Source: Geopsychrobacteraceae bacterium
GTDB lineage: Bacteria; Desulfobacterota; Desulfuromonadia; Desulfuromonadales; Geopsychrobacteraceae
Assembly: GCA_963676795.2 (NCBI GenBank)
Contig: CAXXTB010000002.1
Span: forward strand, 544,001 to 608,000
Reading direction: 5' to 3'
DNA length: 64,000 nucleotides
This document shows positions 30,684 through 42,277 of this stretch, piece after piece; position 1 is the stretch's first letter, and every line of letters starts with the position of its first letter. The position numbers were made by a program, and so were the translations under genes. The notes beneath the pieces are model-generated. The model saw nothing but the letters and a program-made list of their open reading frames with translations. It did no database searches and was not told the DNA's origin.

Positions 30684-31673
30684 ATGGTCCAGTTCCGGTT
30701 TTGGCTCATGATGCTGTTATTGGTGCTGTGCCTCAGTCTGAATAGTGCACGGCAGGTCTGTGCCGCCAGCGAGAAAGTACTGGCAGTATATAGTTTTGAG
30801 CGTGATCACCCTCACAATGTCGAGATCCGCGAGGCGATCGAACAGGTATTCGCCGGTGTTGCTGAGGTGACCAGTGTCTATCTCGACATGAAACAAGAGC
30901 CGGAGCTGGGAACGCGTAAGGCCCAAGATGCGGCCGAATTATTCCGAACCTTGCGTCCCGATGGAGTCATTGCAATCGATGATGATGCCATGGAACTTTT
31001 TGTTCTGCCTTTCCTGAAAGATCGCACAGCCGTTCCGGTTACCTTTTGTGGTGTGAACGCAATAACCGATTTTCACAGTGCGACCGGTTCGATCTCCGGT
31101 ATCTATGAACACTTCTATTTTGATGAGACTCTCGCTTTAGCGCGTGGGTTGGTCGGTCCCGTCAACCGTTTCGCCTTTATGATAAAAAAAGGTATAACGG
31201 AAAGGCATGTCAGAGATTTTCTGCAACGAGAACGAAATGACCTTTCTGTTGATTTGGCCGGGATATACGCTCCCGAAACAGTCGAAGAGGCCCTGGGTAT
31301 GATTGCGGGGCTGGATGACAATGTCGACCTGCTTGTTCTTGGTCCGATGGAAGGGCTGCGCGACCGGTCTGGTCAAAATCTCAGCGAAGAACAGATCATC
31401 CCGCAACTTCAGACGGCTTTTGGCAAGGCGACCGTCGGACTGACTCGAGGAGGAATCTGGCATGGAGCGCTCGGTGGTGTCATTATCAATCTTAAGGAAC
31501 AGGGCTACTGGGCGGCACGGTTGTTGATTGCGGCCATGGACGGTACGGATCTGACTGCAGCTGACGCCAGAAAAAACCTGCGTGGTATAAGGGTGATTAA
31601 CGCTTCGACGATGAAGCTGATGGGAGTGATGCCTGATCCTTTGCTCCTCAGAGGTGTAGAGCTGGTTAAATGA
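30684..31673 (+). CDS. Periplasmic ABC-type substrate-binding-like protein
   Basis: Signal peptide; PDGVIAIDDDA, PVTFCGVN, EQG motifs; stop overlaps the kinase start. Confidence 0.7.
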   Translation: MVQFRFWLMMLLLVLCLSLNSARQVCAASEKVLAVYSFERDHPHNVEIREAIEQVFAGVAEVTSVYLDMKQEPELGTRKAQDAAELFRTLRPDGVIAIDDDAMELFVLPFLKDRTAVPVTFCGVNAITDFHSATGSISGIYEHFYFDETLALARGLVGPVNRFAFMIKKGITERHVRDFLQRERNDLSVDLAGIYAPETVEEALGMIAGLDDNVDLLVLGPMEGLRDRSGQNLSEEQIIPQLQTAFGKATVGLTRGGIWHGALGGVIINLKEQGYWAARLLIAAMDGTDLTAADARKNLRGIRVINASTMKLMGVMPDPLLLRGVELVK

Positions 31674-34428
31674 TCAATTTTCTGACAGGCTCGTTCCTGA
31701 CAATTCGCCAGCGACTGTTTCGCATGTCGCTGCTCGCTGTCCTGTTCTTCGCCCTGATCGGGGTGATCCTGGTTCTGTCGACTGCTAACGTCCGTGAAAA
31801 GATTGACCGTATCGTCGAAGGGCGGTTGCAGAAGGTTGTCGAGAATTCGCGGGTCAGCCGGGTTTTCGGACTGGTCAACTCGCGTGTTCTTGTTCTGCAG
31901 AAGACCTTTTATGAAAGGCCGGAATATCTGGAGCGGGAGATTGTTGAGGTCAGGGGGCGGCTGCAGGGGATGCTGGTCAATACCGAGGACGCGACGTTAC
32001 GGCAATTGCTGGTTGTCTTTGTCGAGCAGCTCGATCAGTTTCATGACGAGAGTAAACGGGTCAATTTTCTGCTGCTGTGGCGCAGCGAGCAGGACAGGGA
32101 ATTTGTTTCCCAGATTCAGAAGATACAGGATTACATCACGAACAAGACCATCGATCTGACTCTTGCCGGGACCGACAACTCCTACCTGAATTCACTGATT
32201 CTGCAACTCTCCGGCTATCGGGAGAGCCTGCTCGAAATCTCCAATGCCAACGCTTCAGAAGATCCGAGAGATCTTCTCTATGACCATCCGAACACGGAGT
32301 ATCCTTTGCTGGGTAAGCTCAGGAGCCTTTCCGAACGCATAAAAATGCTCACGGCTGTTGACGGGGAAGTTGCCAGGTTCAGCTCTGCGCTGGAACGTGA
32401 CCTTGAGACCTACCTTTTCCTGATGCAGCGCTATCCGGAGGTTTTACAGGCTCTGGGGGAGAGTATCTCAAGCCTGAACAGCTCTGCGGAGCTGATCCTC
32501 AACAAACTGGACCGCCTGTCAGCTGAAGAGGAAATGCTCGCATTAGAGGTCAGGTCAGAAATTCAAAAGACGATTGTCTCAACGGTTTCCGGTGTCATTC
32601 TGCTGCTGCTGATCATGGCACTGTTTTTTGGGTCACTCATCAGCGGATCTTTGTGGCTCATATCAGTGCCCCGATGGACAAGATCAAGAAGCGTCTCGAC
32701 GCATTCACCAGGGGGGATATGCAAACTCCGATGATGCTCGAAAGACACGACGAGTGGCATGAAATCGAAAGTGGTTTCAATCGCATGATCAGCAGCCTGC
32801 AGGATAGCGTCGAAGCACTGATTGACTCAGAGAGTCGCTATCGTGAAATCTATGTCAATGCGACCGAGGGGATCTTCAAAAGCACTCTTGACGGCCGTTT
32901 GCTCGAGGTCAACCCGGCCATCGTCGAGATGCTCGGCTTTACGACCGAAGATGAGGCTCTTGAGAGTATCACCAGTCTTGGTGGGCAGCTGTACGAGGAT
33001 CCGCAGGATCGTAAGCGCTTTCTCGAAAAACTGTTACTGGGAGGCCGGGTGATGAATTTTGAAACCCGGGTTCGGATCAAGGACGATGAACTGTTGTGGA
33101 TCTCCATGAGTGGCCATATCGTCTGGGACGAGCAGCACGACGCCCGTTATATCGAAGGGATGATTCGCGATATCTCGGTTGAAAAACATGCCCAGCTCGT
33201 GCTGGAGAAGCTTCAGGCCTATACTCAGAATATAATCGATTCGATGCCGTCGATGCTGATCGGGGTCGACGGGGACCAGCGGGTGACTTTGTGGAACCGC
33301 CAGGTTGAGATTGAAACCGGCAGGTCTTCCGTTGAGGTCTATGGTCTGCCCTTGACCGAGGTCTTTGCTCTGTTGCGACCAAGTTCCTATCTTTCTTCGC
33401 TGGAACAGACTCTGAGCGCCCGGGAGCCGGCCCGCCTGCTTAAGGTCGGAGGTGATCAGCGGGCCGGGGACGGCGAAAGACGCTTTTTTGATCTGCTCAT
33501 CTATCCGCTTGAGACGGAAGATTCCCGGGGCGCGGTCATTCATATCGATGATGCCACGGAACGGGTGGGCCTCGAAGAGATGATGGTGCGCTCGGAGAAA
33601 ATGCAATCGGTCGGCAGCCTGGCGTCCGGGCTGGCGCATGAGATCAATAACCCGCTGGCCGTCATTCTGCAGAATGCTCAGGTTCTCAGTCGCAGGTACT
33701 CGCCCGATCTGGGCAAAAACCGGGAGACGGCGGAGGAGCTGGGGACCAGCATCGAAACGATTATCGAGTACCATCAGTTACGTGGCTGCGATAATATCGT
33801 TGCTTCGATTACCAGTGCCGGCAACCGGGCGGCCAAAATTGTCGAGAATATCCAGAGCTTCAGCCGACGCGATATGTCGTCGTTCACCCCGAGCAGCCTG
33901 GTCGACCTGCTGGAGAAAACCCTGCAACTGGCTGCCAGTGATTACGACCTGCGCCACAAGTATGCGTTTCATAAGGTCAAGATCGTCAGGGAGTTCAAGC
34001 CGCTGGAGGATATCGTCTGCGAGCCGAGCCAGATTCAGCAGGTCATTCTGACCCTGATCAAAAATGCCGCCCAGGCGCTCAGCCAGGTGACGGAGGCCCC
34101 GCAGCTGACCTTGCGGGTGTTTCCGTCCGGTGAGGGGCATGCCTGCCTGCAGGTCGAGGATAACGGAGCGGGAATAGAGACTGAGGTGGCGAAACGGATT
34201 TTTGATCCTTTCTACACGACACGGGATGTGGGTGTGGGAACAGGGCTTGGTTTGTCGATCGCCTATTATATCGTGACCCAGAATCACAACGGCTATCTCG
34301 GGGTCAGCTCTGAGCCTGGCTCGGGGAGCTGTTTCGAGATGCTGCTGCCGTTCAACAATGCTTCAATTGCCAGGGCTCTGGCGTCAAAATCACGCCAGCA
34401 GGGGGCTGATAAGGACAGGGAAGGATAA
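31670..34428 (+). pseudogene. Membrane sensor histidine kinase (TM-periplasmic-TM-HAMP-PAS-PAS-HisKA-HATPase) split by a frameshift
   Basis: ORF 31670-32734 holds TM1, sensor and TM2; ORF 32653-34428 holds HAMP, PAS and LAHEINNP; one extra T in the T6 run at 32624-29 joins them. Confidence 0.75.
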
Positions 34429-34433
34429 GCACG

Positions 34434-35828
34434 ATGAGTCAATCGGTATCAAGGTCAACAGTTCGCCACCTCATGGCGGCCCGGGGGGCGCTTTCTGCTG
34501 TTTGCGTCAAGGGGTGGGTGCGTTCTGTGCGCCGCGGTAAAGAGGTTTCGTTTATCGCGCTGAATGATGGCAGCTGTTTCGCGTCGCTGCAGGTTGTCAT
34601 CTCGGCGGAGCTTAGCAATTACGCAGAGATCAGCAGGACTGGCACCGGTGCCTGTCTGGCCGTTTACGGCGACCTTGTCGCGTCTCCGGCCGAGGGGCAG
34701 GCCTGGGAGCTTCAGGCCTCAAGGGTCGAGCTGATCGGTGACGCCGATGAGACCTACCCGTTGCAGAAAAAACGCCACAGCTTTGAATACCTGCGCAGTA
34801 TCGCTCATCTGCGGCCGCGCTCAAACACCTTCGGCGCGGTGTTCCGCATGCGCAGCCAGCTCTCCTTTGCCGTGCACAAATTCTTTCAGGAGCGGGGCTT
34901 TGTCTACGTTCAGACGCCGATCATCACGGCCAATGACTGCGAGGGGGCCGGGGAGATGTTCCGGGTGACAACTCTCGATCCGCAGCAGCCGCCGCTTGTG
35001 GACGGGCAGGTCGACTGGAATGCCGACTTTTTTGGCGAAAGAACCGGGCTGACGGTCAGCGGTCAGTTGCAGGGCGAGCTGTTCGCTACGGCGTTTTCCG
35101 ATATCTATACCTTCGGTCCGACCTTCAGGGCGGAAAATTCCAATACCAGCCGCCATGCAGCAGAATTCTGGATGATCGAACCGGAAATCGCTTTCGCCGA
35201 TCTGGCCGACGATTGCCGCCTGGGCGAGGATTTTCTTCGCTACCTGGTCACCTATGCCCTGGATAACTGCCAAGAGGACCTGGCTTTTTTCAACGACCGG
35301 ATCGAAAAAGGGCTGCTCGACAAACTTGAAGCGCTGGCCAGGGCTGAGTTTAAAACCGTCACCTATACTGAAGCGATCGGTCTACTTGAAAAATCGGGGG
35401 AGGCTTTCGAGTTTCCCCTCTACTGGGGCTGTGATCTGCAGTCGGAACATGAGCGCTACCTGACCGAGAAGATCTTTAACGGTCCGCTTTTTGTGACCGA
35501 TTACCCCAAAGAGATCAAAGCCTTCTACATGCGTCTGAACAGTGATGACAGAACTGTCGCGGCGATGGATCTGCTGGTGCCGAGGGTCGGCGAACTGATC
35601 GGCGGCAGCCAGCGTGAAGAGCGTTTCGATGTGCTGCAGCGCAGGATGACCGAATGCGGCATCGCACCGGAGAGTCTGGCCTGGTATCTCGATATCCGGC
35701 GCTGGGGAACCTGCCCGCATGCCGGGTTCGGGCTCGGTTTTGAGCGATTGCTGATGTACCTGACCGGTATGGAAAATATCCGCGATGTGATCCCATTCCC
35801 GAGAACGCCGGGGCATGCTGACTTTTAA
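34434..35828 (+). CDS. asnS: Asparagine--tRNA ligase
   Basis: LTVSGQL, FRAENSNTSRH, GGSQREER, GFGLGFER. Confidence 0.96.
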   Translation: MSQSVSRSTVRHLMAARGALSAVCVKGWVRSVRRGKEVSFIALNDGSCFASLQVVISAELSNYAEISRTGTGACLAVYGDLVASPAEGQAWELQASRVELIGDADETYPLQKKRHSFEYLRSIAHLRPRSNTFGAVFRMRSQLSFAVHKFFQERGFVYVQTPIITANDCEGAGEMFRVTTLDPQQPPLVDGQVDWNADFFGERTGLTVSGQLQGELFATAFSDIYTFGPTFRAENSNTSRHAAEFWMIEPEIAFADLADDCRLGEDFLRYLVTYALDNCQEDLAFFNDRIEKGLLDKLEALARAEFKTVTYTEAIGLLEKSGEAFEFPLYWGCDLQSEHERYLTEKIFNGPLFVTDYPKEIKAFYMRLNSDDRTVAAMDLLVPRVGELIGGSQREERFDVLQRRMTECGIAPESLAWYLDIRRWGTCPHAGFGLGFERLLMYLTGMENIRDVIPFPRTPGHADF

Positions 35829-35855
35829 AACAAAATAAGGGATGATTCCAAAGGT

Positions 35856-35990
35856 CCTTCTCCCATGGCACCCAAACAACGGGCATAAAGGAGAAGGTGC
35901 CCCAGCGGGGCGGATGAGGGGAGCTTCTCGGGGGAGTGCCCCCTCACCCTAACCCTCTCCTTTATGCCCTTTGGGTACCCAGGGAGAGGG
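35856..35990. repeat. Palindromic repeat family B (BoxC/CIR-like), copy 1, two inverted units
   Basis: CCTTCTCCC..GGAGAAGGTGCCCC..GGGGCGGATGAGGGG and CCCCTCACCCTAACCCTCTCC..GGGAGAGGG. Confidence 0.85.
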
Positions 35991-36119
35991 AATATTCAAC
36001 GATTCAGTTTTTCCTGTTGTTATGCATCTCCCGGATATGCTAAATCTGGCCACTGTAAATATAACTAAAATCGTATTAAATCGGTCTGGACAATCAACTT
36101 CAAACGACAGGAGATCCTG

Positions 36120-36659
36120 ATGGGAACATGTGGCTGCAAGTCATCTCAAAAATCTGAAGGTGCGGTAACGTTCAAGGGGAACCCGGCGGTGCTGCTCGGG
36201 CCGGAACTGAAGGTCGGCGACAAGGCCCCCGATTTCAGGGTTGTTGATAACGCTCTGGAGCCGGTCACCCTCAAGACCGACAGCGGTAAAATCCGCCTGA
36301 TTACAGTGGTTCCGTCCCTCGATACCCCGGTCTGTGATACCATGACCCGCCGTTTTAACCAGCAGGCTGCCGAGCTGCCGGACGATGTTGTCGTCTACAC
36401 CATCAGCGTTGATCTGCCTTTTGCCCAGAAACGCTGGTGCGGGAACGCCGGGATCGACAAGGTGAAAACCCTGTCCGATTATCAGGACCGTTCTTTTGGC
36501 TGGAATTACGGCGTTCTTCTGGAAGCGTTGAAGTTGCTGGCCCGGGCCGTGGTGATTATCGACAAGGATGACAGGATCGCCTACTACCAGCTGGTCCCGG
36601 AAGTGACGGATGAGCCCGATTACGCCGCGGTTCTGGATGCAGTGAAAACCCTGTTGTAA
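36120..36659 (+). CDS. tpx: Thiol peroxidase
   Basis: VTFKGNP, VPSLDTPVC, DLPFAQKRWC. Confidence 0.93.
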   Translation: MGTCGCKSSQKSEGAVTFKGNPAVLLGPELKVGDKAPDFRVVDNALEPVTLKTDSGKIRLITVVPSLDTPVCDTMTRRFNQQAAELPDDVVVYTISVDLPFAQKRWCGNAGIDKVKTLSDYQDRSFGWNYGVLLEALKLLARAVVIIDKDDRIAYYQLVPEVTDEPDYAAVLDAVKTLL

Positions 36660-36684
36660 TACAAAGGGTGTTGCGAGATCTTCA

Positions 36685-36718
36685 AACGGCCCTGAAAAGA
36701 GATTTTCAGGGCCGTTTT
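36685..36718 (+). terminator. Terminator after tpx
   Basis: AAACGGCCCTGAAAA-GAGA-TTTTCAGGGCCGTTTT. Confidence 0.75.
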
Positions 36719-36868
36719 GCGTGTTTGAGAAGGGAAAAATTGAAGCGCAGAGATGAGCGCATAGAAAACTGTAGATGGGTATTGATGTTCCTTGACGATT
36801 AATATACGCAAATGATACCTTTTTAAACTGATTTAACCTTGATTTGTATATGCAGCAGAGACCTGTTT

Positions 36869-38926
36869 ATGAGAGTGGTGTCAGGGATGTTTAGAATTTT
36901 TTTTGCCTTGCTGATGAGTGTGAGCCTTGTTTCTACGGCTTTTTGCGCTCAAACCGCATCTCTTGATGCGCTCAAAACCATGAGCCTTGAGAACCTGATG
37001 CAGGTGACGGTCTACTCGGCTTCGAAGCAGGAAGAATTCCTTGCCGATGTTGCTACCGCCATGTACGTCATCGACCGGCAAGATATTCGTCGCAGTGGAG
37101 CGAGAACCCTGCCGGACCTGCTGCGTGGCGTGCCTGGCCTGCACGTCGCCAGTATCGACGGGCACACCTGGGAGATCACGGCGCGCGGCTTCGGCGGTGC
37201 TTTTGCCAACAAGCTGCTGGTTCTGATGGATGGCCGGACCCTCTATACGCCGATGTATTCGGGCGTCTACTGGGATATGCAGGATACGCTGCTTGAGGAC
37301 ATCGAACGGATTGAAGTGATCCGCGGGCCGGGCGCAACGATCTGGGGTGCCAATGCCGTCAACGGGGTCATCAATATTATCACCCGCAATGCGTTTGATA
37401 CCGTTGGCGGCTATGCTCAGGCCGGTGGCGGTGATCTGGACCGCAACTCGCTCAATGGCCGCTTTGGTCAGCGTCTTGGCGCTCTGTCATACCGGGTCTA
37501 TGGCAAACAGCTGGAGCGGGATAACTTTGGTACGACCTACAGCGATATCATCGGTTCTGAAGAGAACAACGACAGCTGGCGCACCGAGCGAGGCGGCTTC
37601 CGTCTCGATTGGGACGGAAACACAGGACAGAAGCTGACTCTTTCCGGTGATATTTACCAGGGCAAGGCCGCTCAGCTGCTGGCCTTTTCTTCCGACAGTT
37701 TTCAGCCGTCAGATGTGGAATATTCCGGTGGGAATCTCCAGTTCCAGTGGCAGGACGAGTTCTCGGAAATTTCGACTGTGACCCTCAGCAGTTATCTGGA
37801 TCGCAGCTTGCGGGAAGATGGCTACGGCAAGCAGGCGAGGACAACCTGGGATATCGCACTGACTCAGACCATAGATCTGAGCTCCCTCCGGCAGAAGCTT
37901 GTCTGGGGTGGTGGCTACCGGTATACGGAGGATCAGACCGCCTACAGCTCCTTTATACCCGAGTCTGAACGCTTCCTGGTCCTTGATCCCATGGCGGCGA
38001 CCGAAGAGGTTGTCAATCTGTTCATTCAGGACGATATCGAGCTGGTCGCCGATCGGCTCCACCTGATTGTCGGTTCCAAGTTCGAACATAACGGCTACAC
38101 CGGTTTTGAATTCCAGCCGTCAATCCGTACAAGCTGGACGCCGACAGAGCATCAGAGCCTCTGGGCTGCGGTCTCCAGGGCGGTCAGAACCCCGTCGCGC
38201 CTGGACAGTGACATGCTCATCTATTTTGAGGGTGACATGGAATATGGCGGTACGACCTATCCGACCGATGTGACAATCGCCGGTAATTCAGATTTCAAAT
38301 CGGAAGAGCTGATCGCCTATGAACTGGGCTACCGGGTTGAGCCGTTGGCAGCGGTGTCGATCGACCTGGCCCTGTTTTATAACGACTACGATAACCTGAG
38401 AAGCGGGACCTCGAGTTACAGTCCCCATTATAACTTTGGTCCTCCGGTGACCGTTGACTATATCAGTGTCGATTATACGACGGGCAATGAGATGGACGGC
38501 GAAACCTATGGCCTGGAACTGTCCGCGACCTGGCAGGTCCGTGAGGACTGGCGATTGACGGGCAGTTATTCGTGGATCAAGCTGCAGCTGGACCGGCCAG
38601 CCGATGATTATGACCTGCTGCTCGAGGAGGTTGAGACGAGCGTTCCGGAGCATCAGGCCAGCCTCAAGTCCTCTGTCGATCTGCCTTACGACCTGGAATG
38701 GGACACCAGCCTCTATTACTTCAGCAGTGTCGGGGAGATGTACAAGGTCGATCCCTACCTGCGTTGCGATATGCGGCTGGGCTGGATGCCGAACGAAAAA
38801 TTGGAACTGAGTCTGTCCGTGCAGAATCTTTTTGATGATTATCATCGTGAGTATTACAGCCATTTCGGACTGGCTAGCGGAGAAGTCCCGCGCAACTGGT
38901 ATGCAGAGTTGAAGTACCGTTTCTGA
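36869..38926 (+). CDS. TonB-dependent receptor (YfiR-associated type), paralog 1
   Basis: [43 protein letters not shown], terminal F; start 36869 or 36887. Confidence 0.88.
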   Translation: MRVVSGMFRIFFALLMSVSLVSTAFCAQTASLDALKTMSLENLMQVTVYSASKQEEFLADVATAMYVIDRQDIRRSGARTLPDLLRGVPGLHVASIDGHTWEITARGFGGAFANKLLVLMDGRTLYTPMYSGVYWDMQDTLLEDIERIEVIRGPGATIWGANAVNGVINIITRNAFDTVGGYAQAGGGDLDRNSLNGRFGQRLGALSYRVYGKQLERDNFGTTYSDIIGSEENNDSWRTERGGFRLDWDGNTGQKLTLSGDIYQGKAAQLLAFSSDSFQPSDVEYSGGNLQFQWQDEFSEISTVTLSSYLDRSLREDGYGKQARTTWDIALTQTIDLSSLRQKLVWGGGYRYTEDQTAYSSFIPESERFLVLDPMAATEEVVNLFIQDDIELVADRLHLIVGSKFEHNGYTGFEFQPSIRTSWTPTEHQSLWAAVSRAVRTPSRLDSDMLIYFEGDMEYGGTTYPTDVTIAGNSDFKSEELIAYELGYRVEPLAAVSIDLALFYNDYDNLRSGTSSYSPHYNFGPPVTVDYISVDYTTGNEMDGETYGLELSATWQVREDWRLTGSYSWIKLQLDRPADDYDLLLEEVETSVPEHQASLKSSVDLPYDLEWDTSLYYFSSVGEMYKVDPYLRCDMRLGWMPNEKLELSLSVQNLFDDYHREYYSHFGLASGEVPRNWYAELKYRF

Positions 38927-38951
38927 TGAATTCGAATGGACCCGAGCCTCT

Positions 38952-39533
38952 ATGCTGTTTCTGATGCGCCATAGTTTCCTGAAAACCATTCTGCCGATCA
39001 TGCTGATCGTGCTCTGCCTGACTGTTTTTACCGGCAGGGATGCGCTCTGTGCCCAGGATCGGTTCGATGAGTATCAGGTCAAGTCAGCGTTTCTGTATAA
39101 CCTGGCCAATTTCATCTACTGGCCGAACGAAAGTTTTGAAAGTCCGCAAAGTCCCTTCATTATTACTGTTCTTGGCAAAAACCCTTTTAATAACTTCCTC
39201 GTAGAGATTACCTCTGGTGAGACTGTCAACGGTCATCCCATTCGGGTCGAGTATGTCGACTCTTTCGAGGAACTTGGTAAAACCCATATCCTGTTCGTTC
39301 ATCGCGACAGTGCAAAGGATATCGACGAGCAGTTATTGCAGCTGTCTCAACTCGGGGTGTTGACCGTCTCCGATTTTGACCAGTTTCCGCGAGAGGGTGG
39401 TGCTCTGGCGCTGTTGATGGACCGGCAGAGAATTCTTCTCACTCTCAACCTGGAGGTGGCCGAGCGCGCCGGGCTGAAAATCAGCTCCAAACTGCTGCGC
39501 CTGGCGACAATCGTCAAGGGGCAGCGCTCATGA
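38952..39533 (+). CDS. YfiR/DUF4154 family periplasmic regulator
   Basis: [31 protein letters not shown]. Confidence 0.9.
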   Translation: MLFLMRHSFLKTILPIMLIVLCLTVFTGRDALCAQDRFDEYQVKSAFLYNLANFIYWPNESFESPQSPFIITVLGKNPFNNFLVEITSGETVNGHPIRVEYVDSFEELGKTHILFVHRDSAKDIDEQLLQLSQLGVLTVSDFDQFPREGGALALLMDRQRILLTLNLEVAERAGLKISSKLLRLATIVKGQRS

Positions 39534-42277
39534 AGTGGTTCAGTCGACAGCCAATCCGCTCGAAACTGACGATTCTGATCCTGGCCATCAGTGCCCTGGT
39601 GCTGGCTGTCGTCTACTGTGCGGCGGCTGTCGAGAAATACTATTCGACCCGGGCGGCAATGATCCGCAGTAGTGAGATCCTGGCTACAGCTCTGGGTGAC
39701 AACTCGACGGCATCGATCACCTTTTCTGATCCGGGTACAGCAGAAGAAATTCTGGCGGCCCTGCATTCCGAACCCTCAGCTCTCGGCGCCGTGATCGTGA
39801 CTGACGACCGTGAACTGTTTGCCAGCTACGTGAAGAATCCTGATGTCGATTTCGATCCGCAGCGGTTCGTCACCGAATATGCAGCGGAACTCACATCCGA
39901 TCAGCTATTTTGCCTGCTGTATTTTGACTATTTCGATCTGATCCGGCCGATTCAGCTTGGTGACAAAAGGATCGGATCGATCGCTATCCGTACCGACCTT
40001 TCGCTGCTCTATGCGACCTTGAAAACCTATACCCTGGTCTCTTTTGCCGGTTTCCTGGTGTTGTTCATTGTGGCTTTTGTCCTGGCCCGCAAGATGCAGA
40101 TGTTTATCTCCGGACCGATCCTGCATCTGGCCGGTAAGATCGATACGGTGTCGACAACCCGTGATTATTCCGTGCGGGCCACCAAGACAAATGACGATGA
40201 GCTCGGTCTGCTGATCGATGGCTTCAACTCGATGCTCGGACGTATCCAGTCTCAGGAAGATCTTCTGAAAGAAGCCAAGGAGGTGGCGGAAAAAGCCAAC
40301 CAGTCGAAGTCGCAGTTTCTGGCCAACATGAGTCATGAGATCAGAACGCCGATGAATGGGGTACTGGGGATGGCGGAGCTGCTGCTTGACACCGATCTGA
40401 GTGAGGAGCAGAAGACGGCGGTCAAAACCATTCACCTTTCTGGTGAGTCGCTGCTGACGATTATCAACGACATTCTCGATTTCTCAAAGATCGAGGCCGG
40501 CAAGCTGGATGTCGAAAAGATCTGCTTCAATCTTGTGGAACAGATCAGCGAATCGGTACAGGTTCTTGCTCACAGGGCCCATGCCAAAGGGCTGGAACTG
40601 ATCACCGATATCGACCCCGCTGTTCCGGAATATGTCATGGGAGATCCCACCCGGATCCGTCAGATTCTGACCAATCTTCTTTCGAATGCGGTGAAGTTTA
40701 CTGAACGTGGCGAGGTTCTGCTCCGGGTTGAGTGTGCCGGAGGGGACGAGAACTGCCGGACAGTCCGCTTTGCCGTACAGGACAGCGGAATCGGGATGGA
40801 CTCCGCTGAGCGGCAGCATCTGTTTCAGCCGTTTTCCCAGGCCGACAGTTCAACAACGAGAAAATTCGGCGGTACAGGGCTCGGGCTTGCCATTTCGCGC
40901 CAGTTGGTCGAGCTGATGGGGGGACAGATTTCCTGTGCCTCCGAGAAGGGTAAAGGCTCAGTCTTTACCTTTGAAATTCCGCTTGGACTGGTTGATGTTG
41001 AGCCGCTTGCGCTCCGTGCAGAGGGGAGGACTCTCGAAGGGCTACGCTGCCTGCTGGTGGATGACAATGCTCAAAGCCTCAACCAGTTGTTGCCGCTGGT
41101 TCAGCGCTGGGGGATGGATGCCGTTCAGCTGACAAGCAATATGACGCTCGTTGAGACTTTGCTGCTTGCCCGACAGGATGGTACCCCATTTGATCTGCTT
41201 ATCCTTGACATGCATTCCCCCGACGGGCGTAGCGCTGAGCTTGTGCGGCGGATCATGACGCTTCCGCCGCTTGCGAATCTCCGCATTGTGATGCTGACGC
41301 GAATTGGCGGACATGATGAAAGCGTCGCCCTGGAGGGGCCGGCGATCATGGCGGTGAAAAAACCGATACAGGCGCAAAGTTTCTATCGCAGTCTTGTCAC
41401 GCTGGTTAGTGAAGGGCCTGGTGACTCGGTCAAGCCGGCTAATATTTTGAAAGAGACGAGTTTTGCGGCCAGAGTGCTGGTTGTCGAGGACAATCCGGTC
41501 AATCAGATGGTCGCAAAGGCCTTGCTTGGCAAGTTCGGCTGCAGGGTCGACCTGGCATTTGACGGTCTTGAAGCTCTCGAAGTCCTAGGACGGCAACGCT
41601 ACGATCTTGTTTTTATGGATTGCCAGATGCCGCGCATGGACGGTTTTACCGCAACCGCCAAAATACGTCTGCGGGAAGCGGAAGAGCCGGGTGTTATAAA
41701 GGTCCCGGTCATCGCCCTGACCGCTAACGCGCTCAGCGGCGACAAGGAACGCTGCCTCGCTGCGGGCATGGACGATTATGTCGCCAAGCCTTTCAGTCAG
41801 GAGCGCATCGCCGAAGTCTTACGCCTTTGGTTGCCGGAGGGTGCTGGGGTGCCTGTTGCGACCGTCACGGGCCTGGAAAAGAATGGCAAGGCGCCCGTTG
41901 ACCCGGACCAGGGCGCTCTTGAGCTGTTATCTGCAATGTCCGCGGATAGCGGAGAGCATACCGAAGAGCTTGGGCAGAAGGCCCATGCCTTCCTTGAGGG
42001 GACAGCGGGGATGCTGGCACGGTTGGCCGTTGCCGTACAGGAACGCAACCTGGCAGAGGTCGAGACGCTTGTCCGTGAATTGTGCCGCACGAGTGATGAT
42101 GTCGGTGCCACCCAGCTTTCCCGGCAGATCAGAGACCTTGAACAGCAGGTTCTGGCCAAGTCTTTTCCCCGAGTCTGGGAGGATCTGCGCCAGCTTGAAC
42201 TGACATACAATGCCACAGCCGAACTGGTCAAGAAGGAGTTCTCTGCAGCTCTTGCGGGAAGGAAAAGTCACCTATGA
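39530..42277 (+). CDS. Hybrid sensor histidine kinase (periplasmic sensor-HAMP-HisKA-HATPase-REC-REC-degenerate HPt)
   Basis: [34 protein letters not shown]. Confidence 0.92.
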   Translation: MKWFSRQPIRSKLTILILAISALVLAVVYCAAAVEKYYSTRAAMIRSSEILATALGDNSTASITFSDPGTAEEILAALHSEPSALGAVIVTDDRELFASYVKNPDVDFDPQRFVTEYAAELTSDQLFCLLYFDYFDLIRPIQLGDKRIGSIAIRTDLSLLYATLKTYTLVSFAGFLVLFIVAFVLARKMQMFISGPILHLAGKIDTVSTTRDYSVRATKTNDDELGLLIDGFNSMLGRIQSQEDLLKEAKEVAEKANQSKSQFLANMSHEIRTPMNGVLGMAELLLDTDLSEEQKTAVKTIHLSGESLLTIINDILDFSKIEAGKLDVEKICFNLVEQISESVQVLAHRAHAKGLELITDIDPAVPEYVMGDPTRIRQILTNLLSNAVKFTERGEVLLRVECAGGDENCRTVRFAVQDSGIGMDSAERQHLFQPFSQADSSTTRKFGGTGLGLAISRQLVELMGGQISCASEKGKGSVFTFEIPLGLVDVEPLALRAEGRTLEGLRCLLVDDNAQSLNQLLPLVQRWGMDAVQLTSNMTLVETLLLARQDGTPFDLLILDMHSPDGRSAELVRRIMTLPPLANLRIVMLTRIGGHDESVALEGPAIMAVKKPIQAQSFYRSLVTLVSEGPGDSVKPANILKETSFAARVLVVEDNPVNQMVAKALLGKFGCRVDLAFDGLEALEVLGRQRYDLVFMDCQMPRMDGFTATAKIRLREAEEPGVIKVPVIALTANALSGDKERCLAAGMDDYVAKPFSQERIAEVLRLWLPEGAGVPVATVTGLEKNGKAPVDPDQGALELLSAMSADSGEHTEELGQKAHAFLEGTAGMLARLAVAVQERNLAEVETLVRELCRTSDDVGATQLSRQIRDLEQQVLAKSFPRVWEDLRQLELTYNATAELVKKEFSAALAGRKSHL

